DNA of 58,450 nt from Chara braunii (lineage: Eukaryota > Plantae > Charophyceae), in assembly GCA_003427395.1 (NCBI GenBank), contig BFEA01000006.1, positions 7,504,213 to 7,562,662 on the forward strand. Reading direction: 5' to 3'. This document shows, piece after piece, positions 38,326 to 49,815 of the stretch. Position 1 is the stretch's first letter. Every line of letters begins with the position of its first letter. The notes under the pieces are model-generated. The model searched no databases. It had not been told where the DNA came from and saw nothing but the letters and a program-made list of their open reading frames with translations. The translations under genes and the position numbers were made by a program.

Positions 38326-40237
38326 ACTTTGTCGATCTCCATGCTGTGTCTAGTTATCCACTGTTCCTAGCATGAGTTGTTTCGTTCCAAGACCACCACA
38401 GTTTTTTGTTTGTTGTTTCCTTGCTTTTGGTTATGGTTTGCACCCATGAATCTTTTCTCAGGAGGGCAGTGGTTTTGAAAAAAAAAAAGAAAAAAAAGGG
38501 GATTGGATGAAACGCTTGAATCGAGGTGTGTTTGTGGAGAGGTGCAGAAACGGATACCGATGCCTTTCCGCATGTCAGCCTAAAACACATCCACATTCAG
38601 CCTCTTAATTCAATCTTTGCTAGTGGGACTTTGCCCTAGAGGATGGTCATGTATGGGCGAACTTGACGTGGGGGAGGACGAGAAGAGGTGGAAGTCGAGG
38701 ACGATGACAGGGACAAGGTGAGGATAGAGAAGGAAGAGGAGAGGCGGGGGTGGTTAGGAGGGCGAATGCACCTCAGTTCTCGGCGTTCTCACGACTGCCA
38801 GTGACGAGCAGCAACACCTGCCTTCTCACGACTGCTCGTGTTGCACACTGTGTATAATGCGACATGCAGCGATGTGCAGTGCACAACGTCGAAGAGCATC
38901 GAGCCAAGCGGGTAGCTACCACCGTTTTCCCTCCAGCATAAGGGACCCTAATAATAAATGTGTGCAAGTTGTGTTTACGACCACAAGCAGAACACAATGA
39001 AACCTCATAATGAATGTATGCAAGGTATGTTTCCGGCCACGAACAACCATAATAAGGGTCCGTTGTGTTGGGGAGAAGACAGTGGCAGCCCATGGGACGC
39101 TGGGAGCCAAACTCGACACACTTCAAATATTTTCCACAACGACGCTGTCGAGCGCATCGGTCTGGCACTGCACAGGGCAACGCGGGACCCTCCCGACCAC
39201 GTCACGCAGAAGTCGGTCTAAATCCTCGTCGCTAATATACATGGAGCTTCCGAAAGCCGCTCCGGCCGAGTGCGCCAGCCATACCTCTCGCGAGCCCCTA
39301 CTACAAGATAGGGTCTACGCGAGGCACGACTTACCTCCACCTTACGGGAGTTGTCACCTCCCTTCGGTGGACGTATCCCCGCCGAGCTACCAGTCCACAA
39401 TACGAAAGATGATCAGTTGCAATCGCAGAGGTGGACCAACCGAGGGCGTTTCTCGTTCGCTGTAGCATAGGGGGTACGCGCGGTATTACGCCTCTATCAG
39501 ACCCGCACGCGAACCGACATCTTGGGGGGATGAGGTCCCAAGCGCGACTCGTCGCCGGTCGACTAGGACGCATCCCACACACCACGTGCACGCCACTCTA
39601 AAGAACATAAAAATAAAAACACACACACATACATATACACGAAACGACACAGAACAAACAACGCGACAACACTCCTAGTCCCTTAGTAGTCATCCCATAA
39701 CTCTCCGATGCGGAAATCGGATAGGCGTCACGCGCGAGACTTAGTATAAAATCACGAGGACGCAGACCATACTCATCTTGACTAGCAGTGCAATCATCCG
39801 CAAGCAGTTGCAATGATGACGTACTATGTAGTGCCCATAATCAAGCGGTCTCTCATGGATCTGAGTACCGCTTATGACACTCAAGTGTCACACTCGAAGT
39901 ATCTTGAAGGCTTGCCCCTTCAGGATATTGAACGGCTGAAGGAATAGTCGTGAGGCCTCCGCGGCACCTCCGACCTTTAGGCTGGGTGTCCCAGTAGGCA
40001 CGACAAATAGCCTCTACACGAGGGGAGATTCCTTCCATGCAGAGTCCAGGGTCTGGGATGTCATAGACAAGGACCTCGAATCTCGACCCAGTACTAACGT
40101 CCGACTAAGAAATCTTTTAAGAAACATTCAGCAATAAAACGGAGTTTCTTTCTCTTTTCTCAACCCCAATTCCGATCTCACCTCTAAGCGTAGACCCCTC
40201 AGGCCACGCGACTATCCTGCATAGGTACACATACAAA

Positions 40238-40282
<45 letters not shown>

Positions 40283-40284
<2 letters not shown>

Positions 40285-40399
40285 TCACAAACAGAACTGC
40301 CCGGTAAAACCGTAGGCAGAGAGAGAGAAGAGGACAACAAACGAGGCGCTGTGACAAACTGCGCTCGTTTGTTGTCCTCTTCTCTTTCTCTGCCTACGG

Positions 40400-40404
<5 letters not shown>
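40283..40404. mobile_element. Small foldback insertion within (TA)n
   Basis: 40-bp arms 40306-40345 and 40364-40403 are complementary with one mismatch; the equivalent site in C (36208-36255) is plain (TA)n. Confidence 0.7.
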
Positions 40405-40446
<42 letters not shown>

Positions 40447-41114
40447 ATACGTATGTGACGATCACTTCTCACAGTCACAGTGGGTCTCCTCATAACTATA
40501 TATATATGTTTGTGATCGCAGGCAATCAAATCCGAATTCGAACAACCATACATACCTGCAATCACATCAAAGAGTCAAACAAAAGTCAACGTACTTCACG
40601 GAGTCAACTTCAATTAACCTCTACACTCATACCCCTCGCCTTAGCCATGGAAGCCCCAGCCTCCTGTCCAGTCAGCCATAATTAAATACTCAGTACCTTT
40701 GTTAAATTACCATTCAATAAAAGTCCGGGTGAAACCTTAATAAAACAATAAAACCACCAGGGCTCAAGTCTTTCAGGTTGAGTATTGAGGATGCATTAAA
40801 GTTGAGTCGTAAACCGACGAATCGGCAACCGACCTGTTATCAGTGATAATAGAAGGTGATCCTAGGATCAAACTGAATCTAGCCGAAATCTTGAACCAGT
40901 CGATCAAGAGGACCTGTAACACATGACCGACCAATCCCCCAGACCAAATCTATAAGTCCATGGAGAATAATCCTCATATCACGATCTCACTCAAATCATC
41001 GTAATTAACTAAGCCTAAGCCTATCTTTAAGCAAGTGCCAAAAGAAAGGTAGACCCTGGCAGAATCTTCTCTATACAGAGTGGATTTTTCAGAATTGTCA
41101 CCTGGCAAATATAA

Positions 41115-41685
41115 TCTAACTCCTCTAAACTAAGAAAATTTCGGCAGCGCTTCCTGTAGGAAAAGTGCTTTCGCAGAATTTATATTAGCCTAAATATGAA
41201 AACAAAAATAAGCTTCAACCTTCTAAAGTCAAATTTTGTCTAACTCCCTAAATTAGCAAAAATTTGGGCAGCACTCCCTTTCGACAGGGAGACTTCCCAA
41301 ACTTATACCAAGTCAGATATTAACTCAGGAAACAAGACCCGAGTTCAACCAAGACAAAATTTAATTAACTCTTTAGATTTGTAGAAATTTCGGCAGCGCG
41401 TCGCGTAGAGAAAATGTTATTCCAAAATTTATACAAAGCTAAATTCAGAATCTAAAGTGACTTCGAATTTTTAAAATATAATTTTGTCTAACTTCTTGAA
41501 TTAGCAAAAAATTGGGCAGCACTCCCTTCAAAAAAGGGGGTGTTCCAGATTTTTACTAAGCCAAATAGTCAGAAAAGTTACACCTAAAAAAGACAAAGGC
41601 TGACTAACTCCTTGGTTTTGTAGAAATTTTGGTAGCGCTTCCCGTAGAGAAAGTGGCTTACCATGATTTATACAAGGCCAAGTAT
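41115..41685 (-). repeat. ~120-bp long-hairpin array in LTR D (5 units)
   Basis: Reverse complement of the A/B/C units. Confidence 0.9.
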
Positions 41686-41967
41686 AACAAAAGATCCCAG
41701 AAAATGCAGAAATTGACCTAAGTAAAATAAACTTAGCTCATAAACTGCAGGAATTTAAACTAACTCCTATGGCTCTAGCACGTGGCGAACAAATAACGCA
41801 ACTACCTATCAAACCGAAACTCGGACTAAGTAGTGGCCTCACTCAGTCACATGCAGGCCAAACCACAAAGGTAAGTACTCTCACCATCCCCAAAGTTATT
41901 TTAACAAACAATAATTCATAATCTTTCAATGATTTACCCCTTTATACCCAGCTTACATAAGGCGTAA

Positions 41968-42695
41968 AGCTAGACCACCCAAACTTATGAAACACGTCTA
42001 GCTCAGTCATGGAGTATACACAAACACAGGGCACAATAACTTTTCTCTTCTTTGAGCATATGACTATGCCACCCTAGTTGCCCTTAAGTGTTTACATATC
42101 CCAACTTTATATAATTATCTGCACTTAGTCTTTTGCGGTAGCATATAGCTGAACCGATCATCTTTAGCTCAAGATCAAGTCTGCCCCTTCGTACCACAAG
42201 TTTACTCTTAATTAATACTCTCTTCAATTTGTGATAAGCTATAGTCAGACCACCCAAACTTATGAAATTTTTTCTGACTAGCGTGTTCATAGACAATATA
42301 ATAGTAAAGTATAGCCAAATTATAACCTTCTGGTTCGACCATATGCGAGGCGTTGGACCAAGACCACCCAAACTTATGGAATATGTCTTGGTTCTCAGTC
42401 GGGTTCATTTTTCTCAAAGCCAAAGCAGGAAGAGGCTGAGCCACCCAAACTTATGGAACATGCTCAGACCTCCTCGTTAAGGAACTAAAGAAACTGACAA
42501 CAACCCAAAGTAAACAAGGCGACCAAGCCACCCAAACTTATGAAACATGCTTGGTCTCTGAAAAATCATTCACATTCAGCCCTCACAAGTCAGAGCAACC
42601 AGACCACCCAAAGTTATGGAACATGTCTGGTTCTCCAGGCAATCCAAAAATAAACCTAGTACTGGGCCCTCCAAACTTATGAAGACTCTCCCAGC
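41968..42695 (-). other. Short-hairpin array in LTR D (7 clear units, + strand core CACCCAAACTTATG)
   Basis: Perfect unit-specific stems: agctagac/gtctagct, tagtcaga/tctgacta, accaagac/gtcttggt, ctgagc/gctcag, gaccaagc/gcttggtc, aaccagac/gtctggtt, ctggg/cccag. Confidence 0.9.
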
Positions 42696-44029
42696 CTTTG
42701 GTTAACTCAGTCAAACGTGCAATACTGCCTTCCTCCCACCTTTCTCCGAGATGCAATGCCACAATCTGCTTTCAGTCAAACAATAAAAACTCAAACCGAA
42801 TTTGCACAATCATTCCTTTATTAAGTCTGGTTTGTCCTGAAAGTCAAACTCAAATTGAAATAGGGGGTGCAAGCAATATATTCAGTCAAACATAGCAATG
42901 AATACAAGTACAGGCTATACTGGGTTTATAGAACGAAGGCAATAGTTACCTTTCAATTCCCTGCCTCCAGAACTCCAACTGAGTTCTGGCAGCGCTCCCG
43001 CAATCGATGGGATGACTCCCCACAGAGCCTTGTTACGGTCCTACGGGTTGCTGTCCCGCCTGCCGCCTTCCTCTCTGAACAGGATTAGACTGAGAGTAAA
43101 AAGGATAGAAGTAAGGGGTTTCGCGCTCGAGATACAAGAGAGGGAGTGACTCAACTCGCAGGAGAGGGCCTTGATACCTTCATGCGCATGAGGGCCCCGC
43201 AATAATGGCCAACATGAATGGTAACTTGGTCAACTGACGCTGAACTATCAGTTGTTTGACTTTCCGACCCTTCTCCCATTCGCAGCAAAACCTCCTCCTA
43301 CAACCTCAGCCCCTTTTCAACGTTCGAGGTCTGAAAAGCACTGGCCGCTGCCCGAGATATGAGTCGAGGACCAAAAACGCAGCCCTCTCCCTCCTCGTAG
43401 TGAAGGAGAGCGTGACCTAGCCGGCCGTGCAATGGCGAAGTGTATGCAGATATCGGATGTGCAGTCCTCACCAAACCTTTACAAGCACCTCTGCTCACAG
43501 CCAGACCTCGCCGCCTCCCTCGGTAGGATAACGGCGTATCGTTCAGCAAGCGAGTTTTCAAACCCCGCCGTTCGCTCCTCACCACTCAGTATGTCGAAAT
43601 GTGCAGCATACCGGCTAAACAGGTAAGTCCGCCTCGCTTCTCTGTGCGGCAGCATGGGTAGTGCACTGGCAAATAGTCAGACCTGTACCTCCGTGGTAAG
43701 CCTATTGCTGCGCAGGCTGATGGATAGAGCGACACAATTGTCAATATCCAGACCTACAGCCTTTGCAGCTGGTCTGTTGCATTTTCATTTGTCGATCTGA
43801 GGTCTCCCTCCCAGCGGCTCACCTTCCCGCGGTCCCACGACAGGATGAGCACAGCGTGGATTAGCAGATAAACTTTTGGTTCTCGCCCTATCTCTTCACT
43901 ACCTCAACCACCGGGAGTGGGCAGCTACTTCAACTGGTAGGTAAGTCGCCAATTCCGCAACTTGCCCTTTCGTTCGAATCTACCATCTAACAGGTAAGGG
44001 CAGCAGGTAAGTTCGTAACTTCATTGTTC

Positions 44030-44185
44030 CAGGTAAGCCCGTAAATTCACAGTTCCAGCAGTGCAGCGGGCAACAGGTAAGCCCGTAACTTCACAGTTCC
44101 AGCAGTGCAGCGGGCAGCAGGTAAGCCCGTAACTTCACAGTTCCAGCAGTGCAGCGGGCAGCAGGTAAGCCCGTAACTTCACAGT
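44030..44185 (+). repeat. 44-bp tandem repeat x3.5, each unit containing CAG|GTAAG
   Basis: Unit starts at 44030, 44074, 44118 and 44162. Confidence 0.95.
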
Positions 44186-47100
44186 TTCTCTCCCGCTTCT
44201 AACTTCTCCTTTCTGCTAATCCCCTTCCTCGCCCGTGTACGGTGGATAGTTGGTCCCGATTGTGGTTGCAGTCCGAAGATGGCAGACACAAAGTGGACTT
44301 TGACGTCCGTTACGAGTGTTCGATACGACGACCAATCGATAGCAATACAACCGTCGTTTGACTTTGAGGAGGCGATTATTAGCAACACGTCAAGTTGAGG
44401 AGACGATTATTAGCAACGGCCACGACTTTAGCCATGGCTATAGACCTCACATCGTCCCTCAGGTTACGAAATATGCAAAATAAGAGTGAATCTTCCGCTA
44501 AAACACGAAATTATACACTTATTTTTTCTGCACGCTGCCCCCACGGTAGTACGCTCCGCAACAGCTATACCATTTCATGACTCGAGGATCCAAGCTTACC
44601 ATTTCCCTCATACTGTGTAAAAAAAAAAAAAAAAAAATCTTCGAAATGCCATCTCCCTCGCTGGAGTTCGTCAAGAACCGAGCGAGGCTTCACCTCCTTC
44701 GTGTGGCCATATCCTCCCTCCAAATACTTTTGCGCACTGCTTTCCCTACTGACCTCCAACTTGATTAACTTAGCCTTAAATCTAACCTCATCATTCGATT
44801 CACTCGACTCTAGAACCCCTACTTTACATTTTGGTTTGCTCGATTCCACTAAGGATCGAGTATACTACGCAAATTTTTATTCCACTATATCCACTACTTC
44901 GGTTATCTCTACGGAACTTTTATGACTACTAACTCTATTTCTACTAACTCTCTACTACTTTCGACTGCGAAATCAGGGTCGCAAGGGCCAAACCCCCCCG
45001 ACTCGAGTCCTCCCTCGCCCGAAACCGGTCAGAAACGAGAGAGTTACACTTCTTTCCATTCCCCTTCTCCTTCACCTTCGCCATCTCCGCGCACCCCCTT
45101 TTTCTTCTAACCTCCCTTCCTATTGACTCTCCACTAAAACAGATGTTAGATTCGGTTTCGCCTTACCCCAAAACCTCTACTTACCATCTCCCCTTGCCTG
45201 ATTCCACTAAGGAACGGGCGGGCTACATAATCTTCACTCCCGCCATGCCTACTCCCTCCGCCACTACGCTCCTCTTTGCCGTGCATGTATTCGGCGCGCT
45301 TTCCGGTTCAGATTCATCCACCTTCTCTGCAGCCCCGCTTCAATGCCTTAACGCCCATCGCTCCACTGCCTTGCCTCGCCCGATGCTGCTAACACTATGC
45401 CCAACTATCTCAGTGGTCAGGACCTATCACTCGACAGCCCAGTCACTCCATTCGTGTACTCACCTCGTCTTCACATTCGCTCGCCTTGCTTCTCTATATG
45501 TATCCAGCGCGGCTCCCTGTCTTGGTTCATTCCCCTCTTGCCGCATTCGTTCCCTGCCCCACCCGTTCGAATCTTCGAGTGGGCTCGGCGCAGCTCCTCA
45601 TGTGGATCAGCCTCTGCTCTCTGGTGCTCCGCTCTCCCCTGCCTTTCGTCGCTGCGCTCAGAGTTACTACTGTGTAACGAACTGCCCACAAACTACAGGC
45701 AGTGCTAAATTACGTGATGGCCCAGATAGCGGACAGTGGCCATAGAAGTCGAAATCCGCCAAGGGGTTGGTAACAGCTCACCGATGGGCCCGGTCTACCC
45801 CCAGAAGACAGCGTTGCAGCACCCGGCATGTACTCGGCTGCGACAACTCCAACGTTGTACCGAGTAGGAGGACGCGGGCCCGATGCTAAGCCAGCAGCGT
45901 GAGCCCGGCTAATGCGGTTCGCGGTGCAGGTCTTGGTGATAGTAGGGAAATTATTCAAATCAGAACTTTGGAGGCCGAGGAAGGAAGGGGTTCCATGAAA
46001 ACAACTGTCGGGATACCTTGCCGCACAACCAAATATTGCGGCAGTATCCCATGGGTGCTCAGGCATGTCCCGCCATCTCGTGTGACCCAGCGGGCATGCT
46101 CATACTCAAACCTCTCACACCAGATGGTGGGGAGCGGACGGTGCACCGCATCGGCAGGCCCTGCTACTCAGCCTTTTCTCCTGCACCGTGGGCCAACCCG
46201 AAAGGCGTGCACCCAAGGCCCTCGACCGCCATGTCGGCCATCCGTCCTCGGCAATACCGTACCGGAGCCAAGCGAGTTGGCCTCGAAACCGACCACTGAG
46301 TCAAAGTGATAAACATAGAAAAAATAGCAAATTAAGAGTAGGAATAATAATAATAATAAAAAAAAAAAATAATTAAAAAATAAAGATAATTCGAGGACCA
46401 CCACGCCCGGTTGCACCCCGCTGTTGACGTACCGTCGCGCCGCTCATCCAAGCAGGACTCAATTCTCACCCGCAAGTGCGCCATCAACTTCGGACGAGGC
46501 CGTACCGGCGTGACTTGCGAGAAGCACGCCAAATACCCTTGTAAGGGTATTTGGTACGACAGTCTTCCCGGACCTTATTAAGCGACGCCCCCGTCGCACC
46601 AAGCATTCCCTTTCAACTGTTGTTTTAAACATAGTCTCGAGAAAAATTATATAATATCCTCTCTCGAGTCGGTAACTTAACAAAAAACGATCATTAAGTT
46701 ATATCGACTCCAAGCCTCGATTTCTCAAGAAAGTGGACAAAATCATCGGTCAAAAATATCATTTAACTCCTGACAAAAATAGAGGTCTACAATAGCCGAA
46801 TAATCGGCTAGGCACAGACACGCTTCAACCTCTAATTTAACAAAGTGGATAAAACCACTTTTCACCCACTGCAATCACGAGCAGGAAGTCATCCAATGCC
46901 AAACTTAAGACTACACCACTTCCGGTCTCTTTGAACGATATTTTATCACGCCGGGCACACTGATCATCCTGCCACTAGAAAAAAACTCAATCCAGTGGTG
47001 GATTACAAAGATCATTTAGACTCAACTCAGTCATACATCCTTTTCAAGCTTTTCTCAAAGAAATATCCCATTGCGTGGAATAATCCGACACCTCAATCTC

Positions 47101-48707
47101 TCAGCTAATCTAGAAGATTAGGGAGGTTGACCCCATCACACAAGCCACAAATGTGCCTTATGGGTAGGGTCCCGGTAAGCCCAATCCCACAAGTCGTTAC
47201 TTTCATGCAGAAGTCACTCACTTTTAGTTATTCACCAAACGGATGGGTAGAGGTATTCAACAAAATAGAAGAAAACCTCTCTTTTTTTTCTCATAAACCC
47301 TACTTTTATAAGTAGGGGTATTTCGCTTTCTTCATACACTCTGTCAATCTCACCTATAAATTTTGCTCAGTGAGCAAACTCTCATAATGTTTTTCCAAAT
47401 AAAATTCAAATTTCATACTTCCCAAAATCTCACCATAATCAACCATTTTCCCTTGGGTTTTCTCAATCACGAGAAATACTGTCGCAGGCTAGCCACTCGC
47501 AGTTCACAACCAAGGGCCAAGTAAGGGTCCCATATACATGACAGGTTTCCGTGGCGTGAGTCTCCCTTACTGGCAACTATGAACCTTGGGTAGGGTGACA
47601 TTGTTGTATACATGACAGTATAACCTCTACCCTCTGACGCAGACTAAACCACTCGCAGTCCATAACCAAGGGTCAAGTGAGGGTCCCGTATACATGACCC
47701 TGCCGCGAGTCCCTCGCTGACAGCTATGAGCCCAAGGCAAAGTGGTCACTGTATACATGTCAGAAAGGCAAATTTCTTAACCAAAACCTTTCAGCCATCC
47801 TTCTCACTTAAGGATAAACATTCCATATAATCTTTAAAATATCTTCCCCTCGGAGATGGGTCCCAATAAAACCATCAATCGTTTAGGCCGCCCTCGGGCA
47901 TAACCTCCCTCTCAATATGATTTTCTGAATGCTTTGAATCTCCCATAAATCCTCCACTGATAATCACGCTTTCCTCACTTCATTGAACCCTCCCCGGTTC
48001 AAACAGTCTTCAATGACCTTTTAGTTGTCACACTTTCATTATACACAGTTAAGACTCCCCTTCTCATATGTCAAAATAGAATAAGTACAGAAAAACCCAC
48101 AAATTTACCATGGTGAGAATGCTAATGACAACCAGAACACGCACGATTTTGCAATCAAGGAAAATCAAAACCCATACCAAGATGGTCCTTTAGAAGAAAA
48201 TCAGATTATCCCGAGTTCCCAAATCCTCACATGCCTTGAAATCATCACAAATCCAAGTCTCAACCAGAAACAAATTACCTTGTAGACCATACTTTATTAG
48301 TCATAGAAGACAGATATACACAAAACAATCTCAAGCGTTCCCGCAAAGATGAAAGGACATCAGCGTAAGGACAATCAAGCCTTACATGACCTCTACTTAT
48401 ATTCAACCGTGCCTAGAATCAGTTTAGAGGATGGATAGTCAAAATTGGGGCATACGCACATCATAAATATACACAAGATAACATCTATGTTTCATAAAAC
48501 TTTGAGACTCAACTTAAAAGCAAAATGAGCAGATGATCGTCTATTAGTCCAGCAACTGAGTCTTCCACACCGTCATAGTCTCTCAAATGTTTATCTATAA
48601 GTCGTTTTAAAACTATTGACATCATTCTATCGCTTTCTGGCTATGAGACAAATAAAATAGTGATAGTTATTGAGAGGAACCGAGCTCTTGCCTCAAGCAC
48701 AACTGTC

Positions 48708-49784
48708 TCACCCCTTAACGTTTTCCCTTACCATCTTACATCTACGAGGGGTATGACCAGTCTTTCCGCAACAAGCACATACTATCTTTGTCTGTCGGTC
48801 TCGCATTATTTTCATTCTACGATCCGTCTTTCTTTCATATGACAATATATTCCATTGAGCACGTTCCTTTTGAGGACCGGATGTAGCAATATGTGGGGCC
48901 ATATCTACTTGCTTCTGTCCTCTTTGCCCTCCTTTTCTCTCCTTACTCGGGACGTCAATTGTCCTCTCACAGGTATGAGGCGCGACGTTTCTGACTTCAA
49001 CCTCCCCTGCTTCATTAATGCAGACCCTCGCCATATTCTCTTCATCCCACTTGTGATTTCGATTAAAGTTCTTAACCTTCTTCTGAGGCTCGCCTTCCGT
49101 ATTCCCTCTGACACCTGCCACAACTTCCTTTGTGCCTTCATCAAGCCTGCTCTTACCACAACTTTGCAACTCCTTTTTTTTCCTTGCTTCCCGCAGAGTA
49201 TGGCAGAGGTACTGGTCGAAATCCCTCTGTTTAAAGTTCTCTCGGATCTTATCTTATATTAGTCTCCCCTCTGTCCCACAAATCAAGTCGCGCTACTCGA
49301 TGTCCGTGAAGTTCATGAGGAAGACAAAACATTTGTCATGTTTAGACAATGCTCAGACCTTGCGTGATGCAAGCTCATACTCCGCCAGGAAGTGCCCTAC
49401 TGACACATAACAATATCGATTTATTTTTTCAAAATCGTTTTTGGTCAGTTGTTCCTTACCTAGCCGGTATTTATTCCACATGTCATCGTAAAACCTCCTC
49501 CATGACAACCCCACTCTTTTAATCAACCCCCTGACTTCATCCTTCAAACCTATATGGATATACTTTATCACCTCTTTCAGCATTTGCTCCTCATTCCATT
49601 TGCAGTGGGACGCTATCTGCTCAAACTTATCAAGGAAGTCAGAAACATGATAGCCCTTGAAAAAGTTGATCTCAACCTTGGGTATGTTGTCTCGCTCCCA
49701 ATCTCGCAGACCCAGCAGATAGGCAAGCTCCTCGACCCCAATCTTCCCTTTAGAGCCTTCCATCTCGAGCTCCCTCGACCCCAT
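48708..49784 (-). pseudogene. gag: Retrotransposon Gag (capsid + CCHC zinc knuckle), with stops and a frameshift
   Basis: MGSRELEMEG...IPKVEINFFKGYHVSDFLDKFEQIASHCKW...SWRRFYDDMWNKY...VGHFLAEYE; three in-frame stops from 49355 onward; C-terminal CACCGKTGHTPRRC fits CX2CX4HX4C. Confidence 0.85.
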
Positions 49785-49787
49785 CAC

Positions 49788-49815
49788 CTGTTGAAGAACA
49801 ATGAGCGACGTTAGG
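49788..49815 (-). promoter_or_regulatory. Candidate 3' splice site immediately before the gag ATG
   Basis: Minus strand reads cCTAACgtcgctcattgttcttcaaCAG|gtgATG: branch point, pyrimidine tract and AG. Confidence 0.55.

Larger units (their letters stand above)
39146..46561 (-). mobile_element. Giant LTR copy D (7416 bp), attached to an internal region
   Basis: Reverse complement of B/C: tgtcgagcgcatc at 39146 and aagggtatttggtacgaca at 46561; outer flank ACGC. Confidence 0.92.
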
